In this document: piece by piece, positions 29,306 through 38,639 of the stretch
Layout: every line of letters begins with the position of its first letter
Position numbering within the stretch: position 1 is the first letter of the stretch
Source of the DNA: Patescibacteria group bacterium
GTDB taxonomy: Bacteria; Patescibacteriota; Minisyncoccia; Phycocordibacterales; Phycocordibacteraceae
Assembly (NCBI GenBank): GCA_018971045.1
Contig: JAGWVF010000003.1
Location: 42,793 to 106,792, forward strand
Reading direction: 5' to 3'
Length of the DNA stretch: 64,000 bases
Made by a program: the position numbers and the translations under genes
The notes under the pieces: generated by a model
The model's database searches: none
What the model saw: only the letters and a program-made list of their open reading frames with translations
Told to the model about the DNA's origin: nothing

Positions 29306-30160
29306 TTACTTACGAACAAGCTCCGTATCAAACCATTGCTCCTGAAAATGAATAGCCGCCATAATCTCACCATCCGTCATGGCCACGCCGCTTGGTACGA
29401 CGATGAGTTTGTCGTCGTCATTATCTTTCCTATGTGCAATAGCTATGCAAATACCGGACGCTTTTGCGAGCGGTTCCTGCACACCGAGATAATAAGCATC
29501 GAGCTCTTCGCCATCGGGTGCCTTGGTGTCAGGCACATAGCCGTAGTTCGCCTCATAGACGAAACCGTGCTTCGGATGTTTTGATCCAAGCGGTCGATCC
29601 ATCACCACTTCGACCTCCTTGCCGAGATAGTTATGGGCGAGTGCAAACGATCCTGACGGCTGTAGTTCAGCCTTCAATGCGAGAGCGCGCCGCATGAGGT
29701 GCTCGCCTATCTCTCCCCAGTCGAAATACTGTTTGATATCTGCCGGATTGATGAGCCGCATCTCTGTAACACCTTCGCCATCGCTAGAATCGGCATCCTC
29801 AACGAAAGGTCCGACGGGTTCGACGATGCAGACTGCGCGAACCTGCACCGAGAGGCGGTGCGGTTCTGTTACTTCTTGGTAGCCGATAATGCGCTGTTTG
29901 AGCACGCGCATGTTCGTCTCTTCGAGCACTTCCCGTACAATCGCTTCTTCTGCCGTCTCTCCCGGCTCTACCCCGCCGCCCGGCGGCGTCCAGTATCCCT
30001 TCCCTTCTGAATACACGATGACGAGCTGATCATCGACAAAGCAGAACGCGTGCACGCCGTGCGCCATCCGGTCACCAAGCTCTTCAAACGAGTCAAGATC
30101 CCGGTACACCACAGGCACCGTACCCAGCTTTCGCGTCTGCATCGTTGATCTGATTTCCAT
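29306..30160 (-). CDS. NUDIX hydrolase fused to a small family I inorganic pyrophosphatase domain
   Basis: Nudix box GGGVEPGETAEEAIVREVLEET; C-terminal DRPLGSKHP..NYGY..APDGEELDAY..DDDKL. Confidence 0.85.
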   Translation of the reverse strand: MEIRSTMQTRKLGTVPVVYRDLDSFEELGDRMAHGVHAFCFVDDQLVIVYSEGKGYWTPPGGGVEPGETAEEAIVREVLEETNMRVLKQRIIGYQEVTEPHRLSVQVRAVCIVEPVGPFVEDADSSDGEGVTEMRLINPADIKQYFDWGEIGEHLMRRALALKAELQPSGSFALAHNYLGKEVEVVMDRPLGSKHPKHGFVYEANYGYVPDTKAPDGEELDAYYLGVQEPLAKASGICIAIAHRKDNDDDKLIVVPSGVAMTDGEIMAAIHFQEQWFDTELVRK

Positions 30161-30163
30161 ATC

Positions 30164-30748
30164 CTATTCTTTCGCCTTCAAGTATCCCTTGAATCCTTCC
30201 TCGTCTTTCACGCCGTGTCGCATGACAGCCTTGTAGAAATCGGTACTGATGACGCCGTCGCGATACCCCTTCCCGTCTCTCCACTTCTCCTTAAGACGGA
30301 GGATGACGAGACGTTGCTCGTCGGTACTCGCGTCGAGCTCGGAAGCGTCATAATCTCCGATCTCTCCTCGCTTCCCGAACCACATATCAACTTTCCATTC
30401 GCCAGAGGGCTGTACCGTGCGCACGCCGACGTAGTACGCATGAGGGAAATTGATACGGTCTTTCCGGAAATCTCTCCGCAACTCGCGATAATTATTGAAA
30501 TGCACCATCTGAATGATTGGCATTTTCGCGAGCACCGGGAGAAGATCTACGACTGCTTCAAGACTTGATTCTTTCATCCAAGCATGAATATCAATATCGG
30601 GCATAACCATAAGCCCGCTCTTCACGCTTCCGACAATTTCCGGTTCAGAGATTCTCCCGATAATCGAGAGCAGATCGAGGTCTTTCAAAATCCGCTGCGC
30701 CTCCTCTTGCAAAGATTGTGCCCTGACGATCAATTGTCCATCGGTCAT
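30164..30748 (-). CDS. Pol-beta-superfamily nucleotidyltransferase-like protein
   Basis: VGS....LM...DIDI motif and a downstream KVD. Confidence 0.55.
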   Translation of the reverse strand: MTDGQLIVRAQSLQEEAQRILKDLDLLSIIGRISEPEIVGSVKSGLMVMPDIDIHAWMKESSLEAVVDLLPVLAKMPIIQMVHFNNYRELRRDFRKDRINFPHAYYVGVRTVQPSGEWKVDMWFGKRGEIGDYDASELDASTDEQRLVILRLKEKWRDGKGYRDGVISTDFYKAVMRHGVKDEEGFKGYLKAKE

Positions 30749-31227
30749 TCAAGTATTCTACTCAAAATAAGCCTGGTCGTCTCTTCTGGTGTTTGCTTCG
30801 TAGTATCTATAGTCTCTCCAAAACTCGGGTTATGGATGCCTATATTGTAGTGATGCTTGATCCTTTCTTTTTCCCAATCATCGAGTTCCCGTGCACCTCT
30901 GTTAGTCAGAGCTTTCTCAAGCTGCGGCGCGAACGTGAACACTCGAATATCGACATTCAAATCTCTCAGATTTTCCATTAGGAAATCATAGTTCTTTTGT
31001 GAGAGCGGATATGGAACAATGACATTAAGGTCTCTTTTTACGAAATTCGTAATGATCGATATCGCATTCTCAAGATTGAGCGGGATGCTCTGCTCGAGCG
31101 GCATCCAACCAACCATCTCACGTAACGCATCAATTTCGACCACGGCGGTATGTGGCAATTCTTTGAGGAGCAACTTTGCAACCGTGCTCTTCCCGGCGTT
31201 GATTGAGCCATTGAGGAAAATGATCAT
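30745..31227 (-). CDS. P-loop kinase (AAA_33/NMP-kinase-like)
   Basis: IIFLNGSINAGKST, D.LR and IDTT..TPEE motifs. Confidence 0.8.
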   Translation of the reverse strand: MIIFLNGSINAGKSTVAKLLLKELPHTAVVEIDALREMVGWMPLEQSIPLNLENAISIITNFVKRDLNVIVPYPLSQKNYDFLMENLRDLNVDIRVFTFAPQLEKALTNRGARELDDWEKERIKHHYNIGIHNPSFGETIDTTKQTPEETTRLILSRILE

Positions 31228-32270
31228 GGCGAGAAAGTAGCATATATTTTCCGTGCTTTTCCGTCGATGCGAATACGTCCGCCGTACGGTAATGATATCT
31301 GCGGACTGGTATGGCCTATGTCGAGATTCTGTATCATGGGGATTGTCGGGTTGTATGCGCGGACAGCCTTGAGGATGGTCTCACGCTGTTCTGCACGATA
31401 GGCGGCCTGCCAAGCTTCGTCGTGCTCGTTGCCGAACTCCCACGCTTTGGGTCTTCCCACAAGTACACCCTTAACGCGCGCAAGAATACCTCGTTCCCCA
31501 AGCGCTCGGTATACGCGAAAGACATAGTCTGCTGGCGGCATCTCTTCCGACGTCTCGGTAAAAAGGATTATGTTCTCGAACTCATCAAGCGACGGGGTAG
31601 TCGTACCGTGTCGGAGCATCTCATCGATGGATTCGAGACATCCTCCCCAACTTATACCGTCAGCATCCTTTCCTCCGTCCCAGTACCACCCCTCGTTCGG
31701 CAGAAATGTCTCGAACTTCTCAAGATTCGCGGGATCGTTCCAATCGAGTCCCATATCCGAGAACGTCGGGCTCGATTCGAGCTCGTATTCTCCTGATTCA
31801 AAGAGGGCGATATTCAAGTATTTCAGCGTGAAGTCGTCAATCTTCCCCTCCATCGCGAATTGAGTGAAGAGCGCGCCACCGTAGTACGACGCGATTCCCT
31901 GTTGCCAGAGGAAGTTCTCGAGATGCGTGTTGTCGCTGTAGCCGAACACCGGCTTCGGATTGTGCGCAAATGGTTCAGGCGGAAGATTCTTGATGTAGGT
32001 CACCTGGTCGTCACCGCCAAGCGAGGTGATGATCCCTTTGATCGTCGAATCCTCAAACGCGGCGACTAGGTCGGCCGCGCGCTCCTTGCCAGACGCGCCG
32101 AGCTTGGCTGTTGTTGGAAATGCAACTGGCTCGAGGCCAAAATCTTCTCGCAGACGCTTAAGCCCGAGTTCATACACGTGAGGGAATCTGCCGGGCGCAG
32201 CGAACGAGGGCGAAAGGATGGCAACCCGATCACCTCGTTTCAGCTTGGGCGGTGTAACCAGCTTTTTCAT
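31224..32270 (-). CDS. S66 peptidase (LD-carboxypeptidase/MccF family)
   Basis: PPKL..GD.V...SPS, GGDD, GYSDNT, LFTETSE and GHT.P motifs; start MKKL with TATAAT 7 nt upstream. Confidence 0.92.
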   Translation of the reverse strand: MKKLVTPPKLKRGDRVAILSPSFAAPGRFPHVYELGLKRLREDFGLEPVAFPTTAKLGASGKERAADLVAAFEDSTIKGIITSLGGDDQVTYIKNLPPEPFAHNPKPVFGYSDNTHLENFLWQQGIASYYGGALFTQFAMEGKIDDFTLKYLNIALFESGEYELESSPTFSDMGLDWNDPANLEKFETFLPNEGWYWDGGKDADGISWGGCLESIDEMLRHGTTTPSLDEFENIILFTETSEEMPPADYVFRVYRALGERGILARVKGVLVGRPKAWEFGNEHDEAWQAAYRAEQRETILKAVRAYNPTIPMIQNLDIGHTSPQISLPYGGRIRIDGKARKIYATFSP

Positions 32271-32300
32271 GCAATTCATTATACTTCGTATCGAAGATTT

Positions 32301-32360
32301 CGTACCATACTGCCCCTAGGGCCGACCAGTACCGGTTCTTGGTGTCACAATCGCACTGCG
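32301..32360 (+). repeat. Degenerate copy of the tRNA-Met 3'-trailer repeat
   Basis: CGTACCATAC...GTACCGGTTCTTGGTGTCACAATCGCACTGCG. Ungapped hand count is 35/60 versus the 39973 copy, and 23/30 in the right half. Confidence 0.7.
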
Positions 32361-32386
32361 CTGGTAGCATGAGATCTCGCAACCTA

Positions 32387-32977
32387 CTACCGACGGGCGA
32401 GAAATGGGTTTGGCTCATCAAAAGTGAGATGTATGACAGTGTCTTTGGAAAGATTGTCAGGATGAATACCGTAAACCATCTCATATATCTCACCTGCTCC
32501 ACAGAATTTCGCACTTTCCCAATCAAAACCTAGTTTCTCGGCGGCGGATCTCACCTGTTCTTCGTCAGGTCCTTCGATTTCAACATATGGCTTTAAATGC
32601 GGCCACGTATCGATGTCGACCTCCACGCCATCGAGTTCCCATCTCTCTCGAAGAGTCTCCGAATAGTTCGTCATCCGCGCTCCAAGCGCTTTCATAAATT
32701 CAGCACCGCGTTCCATATCTGAGATTGTAAATTCAACTTCTTTTTGTTGGTCTATGGTCGCCTCGGGCGGGATCTTCTTATACGCCATAGTCACCTTATC
32801 GCCTTCGTCCCGTACTCGCACCCATTCCCAAAAATCTCGACCGAGACTTTGCAAATCGAAATTCACGCGGCGCTGCTTGTATTCGTTGCGTAAAAGATTC
32901 GCGCCAAGCGCTTTAAGCTTATTTCTGAACGCGTCCTTATCGACATCTAGAAATGTCGCCTCGTATTCCGTCTGCAT
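32387..32977 (-). CDS. CYTH-domain (class IV adenylate cyclase-like/triphosphate tunnel) protein
   Basis: EYEA, WVRVRDEG, K, E.E, RERW and YVEIEG motifs. Confidence 0.85.
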   Translation of the reverse strand: MQTEYEATFLDVDKDAFRNKLKALGANLLRNEYKQRRVNFDLQSLGRDFWEWVRVRDEGDKVTMAYKKIPPEATIDQQKEVEFTISDMERGAEFMKALGARMTNYSETLRERWELDGVEVDIDTWPHLKPYVEIEGPDEEQVRSAAEKLGFDWESAKFCGAGEIYEMVYGIHPDNLSKDTVIHLTFDEPNPFLARR

Positions 32978-33077
32978 GGTGCAATAGTATCATTTCATAC
33001 TGTTAGGGATGGGTCGGCCTTCTAGTATTTGCGGCCTTTGGCCGCTTTCGTAGCATAAATCGGTATAGAATAGGATT

Positions 33078-33989
33078 ATGAACATCTTCCGAAGTCAGCT
33101 CGTCACATATCTGCGCACACTCCTTCCTGCTATGGGTGAAGCGAACGTGTCGTTCCCACCGCAAGGCATGAGTAGCCATGTGTTTTTCTTAACCTCCGGC
33201 GATACGGCGTACGCGGTGAAATACGGTCCTGATGCAACCAAAGACGTGCCCACCCTCACGCTTATTCACGAGTGCGGTACCCGGGTGCCGGTGCCCGAGG
33301 TGGTAACCGAGTTCGTTTTCGAAAGCGTACCCGTTTTGGTTATGACATGCATTCAATTTCCGCTACTTGATACGGTGGCAGTGACCGAGCTTCCGCTCTA
33401 TATTCCGAGCATGGTATCCGTGATGCGCAAGCTCCACACGATTACGAATCCGGTGCCACGCGTACTCTCCGCGGCAAAAGATCTTCCCTCGTGGCAAGAG
33501 TATCTGCTCGCGCAATTCGATGGCCGGACGATCGATTGGACTGAAGTACTCGACCGCCCAACGCTCGATCGCGCGCTCGTCGCCGAAGCGCTTGCACGGC
33601 ATCACGCCACACTCTCCACCTTCGAGCTCAAGCTGCCCGAGTATGCCCTGCTCCACACAGACTTCAATCAGCGCAACTTGTTTGTCAATTCAACAACAAG
33701 ATCTATCAGCGGTGTCATCGACTGGGAAGATGCCGTGTTCGGCGATCCGATATATGATTTTTCCCGCATACGCATGCTCCTTTGGCACTTCGATCTTCCT
33801 GATTCGGTCGTGCGGACATACGACGAGCTCATGCGCTATACCGATGCCGAGCACAGGCGCGAGCGTCTCTACTGGACCGGACGAGTCATCCAATATCTCG
33901 CGTGGTATTCCGAGGAGGATACGCCGTTTAATACCGCACGCATTGCATTGCATCAAAAATACTTGCACACATTGCTGAATAACCCATAA
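33078..33989 (+). CDS. Aminoglycoside-phosphotransferase-family kinase
   Basis: VK, PVPEV, LLHTDFNQRN and VIDWEDA.FGDP.YD motifs. Confidence 0.85.
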   Translation: MNIFRSQLVTYLRTLLPAMGEANVSFPPQGMSSHVFFLTSGDTAYAVKYGPDATKDVPTLTLIHECGTRVPVPEVVTEFVFESVPVLVMTCIQFPLLDTVAVTELPLYIPSMVSVMRKLHTITNPVPRVLSAAKDLPSWQEYLLAQFDGRTIDWTEVLDRPTLDRALVAEALARHHATLSTFELKLPEYALLHTDFNQRNLFVNSTTRSISGVIDWEDAVFGDPIYDFSRIRMLLWHFDLPDSVVRTYDELMRYTDAEHRRERLYWTGRVIQYLAWYSEEDTPFNTARIALHQKYLHTLLNNP

Positions 33990-34011
33990 AACACATGATT
34001 ATCGTCAGTAG

Positions 34012-34350
34012 TCAGCCAACTTTCGCAATCCGTATCCCCACGACGCCGTACTTCTGCTCGTCTTCCTTTGAATAGAACTGTCGTATCTGATTGAGCAGAA
34101 ATTCTCGGCTTTCACCACCGAAAAGAGAAGGATCGAGGTCTGCAAAAAGCTCTTTGAACGATTGATGCCGAAGAAGTCCTACGACCTTCGCGCGTACCTT
34201 ATTCTCGGGATGCTTGCTCTCGCTGAATTCAATCTCGTCGCCGAGCGCGATCTGCTGGCGCTTTTCGTCGTAGAGGCGCGACTCAACGACCTTCGTGCCA
34301 GAAGCAATCTGGTTGAACGGCTCTGTCGATAATTTCATCTCGTGTTGCAT
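34012..34350 (-). CDS. ASCH domain protein
   Basis: HEMKL..EPF..I.SG.K..E.RLYDEKR..I..GD.I; start reassigned to MQHEMKL. Confidence 0.85.
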   Translation of the reverse strand: MQHEMKLSTEPFNQIASGTKVVESRLYDEKRQQIALGDEIEFSESKHPENKVRAKVVGLLRHQSFKELFADLDPSLFGGESREFLLNQIRQFYSKEDEQKYGVVGIRIAKVG

Positions 34351-34700
34351 ACGTTTTTTATCAGACTCCATGGTGGTTGCAGGGGGCCGACATATACTTT
34401 AGGACCCCCGAATTGATCTGCAGTAATATCAATAACGGTTTTGTCGGCGACTAAGAACGTATGATCATACTCTCCATACTTCCCTTGGGTAACTTCTCCT
34501 CCCAATCTCTTTTGGAGATACAAAGATGCAAGACCGCAGTTCCCATCTGGGAAGATATCTTTTGCTTTGCTTACAAAACGCGCAGTATCACCAACGTCTG
34601 TATAATTTCGATATAGCTCAATGAGCAAGTCTTGGTTGATCGATCCAGCCTCGAACTGTCTTCGAGCCTCAAACGCCGCCTTTTTATTGGAAACGCTCAT
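34335..34700 (-). CDS. Hypothetical protein with a transglutaminase/papain-like Cys-His-Asp triad
   Basis: GNCGLAS...HTF....IDITADQF. Confidence 0.6.
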   Translation of the reverse strand: MSVSNKKAAFEARRQFEAGSINQDLLIELYRNYTDVGDTARFVSKAKDIFPDGNCGLASLYLQKRLGGEVTQGKYGEYDHTFLVADKTVIDITADQFGGPKVYVGPLQPPWSLIKNVCNTR

Positions 34701-34706
34701 AAAATG

Positions 34707-34736
34707 ATGGCCTCATCGGAAACCCGATGAGGCCAT
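34707..34736. terminator. Perfect 13-bp hairpin between divergent genes
   Basis: ATGGCCTCATCGG-AAAC-CCGATGAGGCCAT, flanked by A and T tracts. Confidence 0.55.
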
Positions 34737-34809
34737 TTTAACATACCGCTCGCGTTTATCTTTTCAAGACCCTTAGAGATTCTGATTTTTGCTATACTTA
34801 CAGGACTAC

Positions 34810-35451
34810 ATGAAAAGAGTATATTTCATACGTCACGGAGAAAGTGAAGGGAACGCGGGACCCTTACGACGAGGGGCTGACGCTCCCTTGACTGAGCGGG
34901 GCAGAAATCAAGTATTGTCAGTGGTGAGCCGCCTTGCGACACTTCCCGTCGAGACTATTATCATCAGTAGTACCGATGTTCGTGCAAAAGAGACCGCAGA
35001 AATCATTCAGGATGCGTTACATAAAAACGTGACTGTATCCGAGCTATTTGTTGAGCGGCGGCGGCCTTCGGAGGTTTTTGGGCAACTTAAGAATTCTCCC
35101 ATATCGCGTCGTGTGGGTGATGCCATTAGAATAAATTTTCATATACCCGGATATCGCTTTTCCGATGAGGAAAACTTCGACGATCTAAAAAATCGAGCAC
35201 ACAAAGCGCTCACATTTCTATCTGAACAATCAGAATCTTCTTTAATTTGTGTAACGCATGGGTTTTTCATACGCATCCTCATCGCGTATGCACTACACAG
35301 CGAAACTTTGACGAGCGAAATTTGTGAACATCTCATACGCGCTCTAAATATGGAAAATGCGGGGATAACGATCCTTGATTACAACGAGGAGGACACTTCA
35401 TGGAAGCTTTTGACTTGGAATGATCACTCGCATTTATCAGAATCCGTTTAG
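34810..35451 (+). CDS. Histidine phosphatase family protein
   Basis: RHGES, PLTERG, RA.ETA, VTHG and WND.SHL motifs. Confidence 0.9.
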   Translation: MKRVYFIRHGESEGNAGPLRRGADAPLTERGRNQVLSVVSRLATLPVETIIISSTDVRAKETAEIIQDALHKNVTVSELFVERRRPSEVFGQLKNSPISRRVGDAIRINFHIPGYRFSDEENFDDLKNRAHKALTFLSEQSESSLICVTHGFFIRILIAYALHSETLTSEICEHLIRALNMENAGITILDYNEEDTSWKLLTWNDHSHLSESV

Positions 35452-35597
35452 TAATTAGGAACCTTGATCCCTTACGCTCGCCAATCGTTAAACAGATATT
35501 TGAAAATATCGGCAACGACAGGTGGAGTGGCCGCCAGGTATATGGGTGGCCTGGAGGCGCAACATACGCCGCGACTTTTGCGCACGTGATGCCGAGC

Positions 35598-35661
35598 GGT
35601 ACCGTACTCGTCCCGACGGGGGACGGTATTGGTTCCTGGCGTCACAACCGTGTTGCGGGGG
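35598..35661 (+). repeat. tRNA-Met 3'-trailer repeat copy, including the last 9 nt of the tRNA (att-like)
   Basis: 56/64 identical to 39973-40036, with a perfect 32-nt run TGGTTCCTGGCGTCACAACCGTGTTGCGGGGG. Confidence 0.92.
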
Positions 35662-35696
35662 TCATAGACGAATCGGACTTTCTACGACCTAGATGC

Positions 35697-36206
35697 TCAA
35701 GTTCGATTCCTGTCCCCATTTTCGCGTATCATTTCTTCATATTCATGAATAGATGATAGTCCCATCTCTGCTCGCCGCGTGTCGATCTCTCGCGGATCTT
35801 CAAAGGGAAAGAATGATATGGATCCATCCTCGTTTATCGCGCTGTATTGCGTCCCGTACCGTTGCGGCCTCCCTTCCCGCACCAGCAATTTGTCGGTGAT
35901 AAATGCCGCATGAGACGTGTCAACGTCCTCTGTCTCAGAGGCAAGGATGGCATTTGCAACTTGATCCATAAATCCAGGATCGTCGGAATGCAAGACGAGC
36001 GCAATGAATGCCCGGTAGGCATCCTCACCAACAAGTCGTATCTTTGGAAATTCGATTTCAAATATCCTGCGCGCCTCTTCTGTGCGTGCATGAATCGCGT
36101 TATTTATATCTTCAAGACTTAGCGTCCCTGCTTTATATTGTTTTAAGTCCTCCTGATCCTCCGCGAGCAACTGGAGAAGATGCTCAGATAATCCAAAGTC
36201 TCTCAT
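35697..36206 (-). CDS. DUF6624-like protein
   Basis: DQ..., LH.DD, D+....G.PQRYGTQY and D.RR..MGL pattern. Confidence 0.7.
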   Translation of the reverse strand: MRDFGLSEHLLQLLAEDQEDLKQYKAGTLSLEDINNAIHARTEEARRIFEIEFPKIRLVGEDAYRAFIALVLHSDDPGFMDQVANAILASETEDVDTSHAAFITDKLLVREGRPQRYGTQYSAINEDGSISFFPFEDPREIDTRRAEMGLSSIHEYEEMIRENGDRNRT

Positions 36207-36225
36207 GTTTCGATTCTCGTGCTCG

Positions 36226-36639
36226 TTATTTTGATATTGAGCTTTGGTACTCAGCAATAAGTTCTATGTCGCGGAAGTCTTTCGGTCTGGCGAGTATGCG
36301 CTTTATTTCGACGAGTTTCTCGAGCGGCAGAAATGGTATGCCGTCAATCATCTGTGAATCGGCAATAAGCGCGGCGGGGTCAGGATGATGGCCGCCGTAC
36401 CAGAAGTCCCTATAGACCTCCACTTCTCCACGACTAAGCCGTTCCCGTATCCGTCCTTCTATCTCGATTTTCTCAAATGTCCAACCCGCAACGCGAAGCT
36501 CATCGAACACGCGCGGCGACACGATCAGGTCTATGTCGCCGATTTCTCGAATACCGAGCGCTCCAAGAATTCCACTTCCAAACACAAGATACTCTCCGTC
36601 TGGCAGATTGAGCTCCCTCACTTTTTCAGACACGTTCAT
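36226..36639 (-). CDS. Nucleotidyltransferase-like protein
   Basis: GSG.L..LGIR..GDIDL and C-terminal K....R.KD..D. Confidence 0.65.
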   Translation of the reverse strand: MNVSEKVRELNLPDGEYLVFGSGILGALGIREIGDIDLIVSPRVFDELRVAGWTFEKIEIEGRIRERLSRGEVEVYRDFWYGGHHPDPAALIADSQMIDGIPFLPLEKLVEIKRILARPKDFRDIELIAEYQSSISK

Positions 36640-36703
36640 ATGATGAATGTATCATCAAAACAAAGGAAAAGCTCGCCACTTTTTTATAGTGCGCAATAAC
36701 CGC

Positions 36704-36747
36704 TTGACTAATCGGATACTTTCGGATAGTATCGGATATATAGTCAA
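36704..36747 (+). promoter_or_regulatory. Sigma70 promoter overlapped by three 10-bp direct repeats inside a 7-bp inverted repeat
   Basis: TTGACT-17bp-TAGTAT; ATCGGATACT/TTCGGATAGT/ATCGGATATA; TTGACTA...TAGTCAA. Confidence 0.75.
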
Positions 36748-36756
36748 TATACACAT

Positions 36757-37803
36757 ATGGAAGATCGCCTCTCAAAACGCATCAAGCTCACCCCGAGCAT
36801 TCTGAAGAAAATCGCCTTCATCGACGAGTTCAAAGGCCGCTGGCGCGGCACGGCTGAGATGAGCCCGAAGATACTCGACCGTCTGCGCGCCTCGGTCATC
36901 ATCACCTCGACCGGATCCTCAACCCGCATCGAAGGTTCGGCTCTAAGCGACGAAGAAGTCGCGCGGCTCCTACGAGGGTTAAAATCGAAGCCGCCGGTCG
37001 GTCGTGACGAAGAAGAGGTTGCCGGGTATGCCGATCTTCTTGGTCGGATATTCGATCACTATTCTGACCTTTCACTATCCGAGAGCCGCATTCTCCAGTT
37101 CCATGAGATTCTCCTCCACTACGCCAAGAAGGACGCGCTCCACAAGGGCGCGTACAAGACGACCGACAATGTCGTCGTAATGCGCGGCGAGAAGGGCGAG
37201 GAGATTGTCCTCTTCCGTCCCACTCCACCGTACCTCGTGAAGAAGGAGATGGATGACTCCATTGCATGGTTTGATGACGCGCACGACCAGCATCCGCTTC
37301 TCGCCATCGCCAACTTCATCTTCGAGTTTCTCGTGATCCACCCTTTCCACGACGGGAATGGGCGACTCTCGCGTGCGCTCACGAATCTGTTCCTCTTGCG
37401 CGCCGGATACGGCTATACTCCCTCTGTTTCGCTCGACGAGATTATCGAAGAGCGCAAGACTGATTATTATCTCGCCCTCCGCCAGACACAGAAACATCAC
37501 AAGACAGACAACGAGGACATTACGCCCTGGACTGAGTTCTTGCTCGATGCGCTCCTTGAGCAGTCGATGCGCGCCGAGAAGCTCCTCGGAGAGAAACATC
37601 CGGAGATGCTTCTCTCGTCCAAGCAACTCGCTGTTTTTGAGCTCTTCGCAGGTGGCGAGGAGCTCTCGGTGCGCGAGATATACGATCGCCTCGATGGCGC
37701 TATCGCCGTGCCGACCATCAAGAAGACTCTTCTGCGTCTTATGAGCCATCTGCTTATCATGCGTCTCGGCCAAGGTCGCGCAACACGGTATCGTAAGATA
37801 TAA
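36757..37803 (+). CDS. Fic family protein (class II) with a C-terminal winged HTH
   Basis: HPFHDGNGRLSR catalytic motif, N-terminal STRIEG inhibitory motif, and C-terminal G.GRATRY wing. Confidence 0.92.
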   Translation: MEDRLSKRIKLTPSILKKIAFIDEFKGRWRGTAEMSPKILDRLRASVIITSTGSSTRIEGSALSDEEVARLLRGLKSKPPVGRDEEEVAGYADLLGRIFDHYSDLSLSESRILQFHEILLHYAKKDALHKGAYKTTDNVVVMRGEKGEEIVLFRPTPPYLVKKEMDDSIAWFDDAHDQHPLLAIANFIFEFLVIHPFHDGNGRLSRALTNLFLLRAGYGYTPSVSLDEIIEERKTDYYLALRQTQKHHKTDNEDITPWTEFLLDALLEQSMRAEKLLGEKHPEMLLSSKQLAVFELFAGGEELSVREIYDRLDGAIAVPTIKKTLLRLMSHLLIMRLGQGRATRYRKI

Positions 37804-37805
37804 AT

Positions 37806-38282
37806 ATGAACTTAAATCTGACCAAAGAAGAGTTCGTCGAATTGCTCCAGGTCGTGTATTTAGGTACCTATGTCCGCAACGCGGTACGCGAGCAAGAAGG
37901 AGAATACGACCACGCACGAGATGAGGCGCTGGGAAATAGGTTATATCGCATTGCTCTCGAACTCGGAGTACCGGGGATTGAACAGGATGAAAAGTACAAG
38001 TATGTCGGACCATCAAACGCTCTCGAGAAGGAATGGCACGATATCATCGAAGCGTATGAGGAGGATGAATTCTGGCACGAGCTTGAGGTTCTCCTTGGGA
38101 AACGCGACTTCTATCGAACGATGACACGAGAGGATTCCGAGACTCTGGAGAAAACCGGCTGGCTGCCTGAAAGAATTCACGACCTTTATGAGAAATATGC
38201 CGATGAATTCGAGAAATTCGGAATTGAGCGTCTCGAGATTAATAAAAATGCTCCGATCTCAGACGTGCGGGACTTGCTGTAG
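37806..38282 (+). CDS. Acidic hypothetical protein
   Basis: 158-aa ORF starting 2 nt after the Fic stop and followed by a strong hairpin. Confidence 0.7.
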   Translation: MNLNLTKEEFVELLQVVYLGTYVRNAVREQEGEYDHARDEALGNRLYRIALELGVPGIEQDEKYKYVGPSNALEKEWHDIIEAYEEDEFWHELEVLLGKRDFYRTMTREDSETLEKTGWLPERIHDLYEKYADEFEKFGIERLEINKNAPISDVRDLL

Positions 38283-38288
38283 TATTTA

Positions 38289-38326
38289 AACACGAAAGCC
38301 GCGGCATACGTCGCGGCTTTCGTGTT
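38289..38326. terminator. Intrinsic terminator-like hairpin adjoining a repeat copy
   Basis: AACACGAAAGCCGCGGC-ATAC-GTCGCGGCTTTCGTGTT, a 17-bp stem with one G.U pair. Confidence 0.75.
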
Positions 38327-38348
38327 CTTTCGGAGCCAGATGCCTGTC

Positions 38349-38407
38349 GGTACCGTACTCGTCCCGACGAGGGACGGTATTGGTTCCTAGCGTCACAACC
38401 GTGTTGC
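38349..38407 (+). repeat. tRNA-Met 3'-trailer repeat copy
   Basis: 57/59 identical to the 35598 copy; ends at GTGTTGC. Confidence 0.92.
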
Positions 38408-38639
38408 CCGAGACGATACCGTACCAGACCATACAAGGTATATAAGGGTTCCTTGGTGACACTCCTCCCTCTTTATTTTATGGGGGTCGGTATGGCTCGG
38501 CTTTCAAACATTTGCAACGTCTTCGCTTGCTTTAAGCGGCCGAATAAGGGCGGCAGTACCGTACCCAGCAAATACATAGGACTACCCTATGTAGACCTCG
38601 ATACTACAATCGACTCAAGGATAGATTTCTATACCTTCA

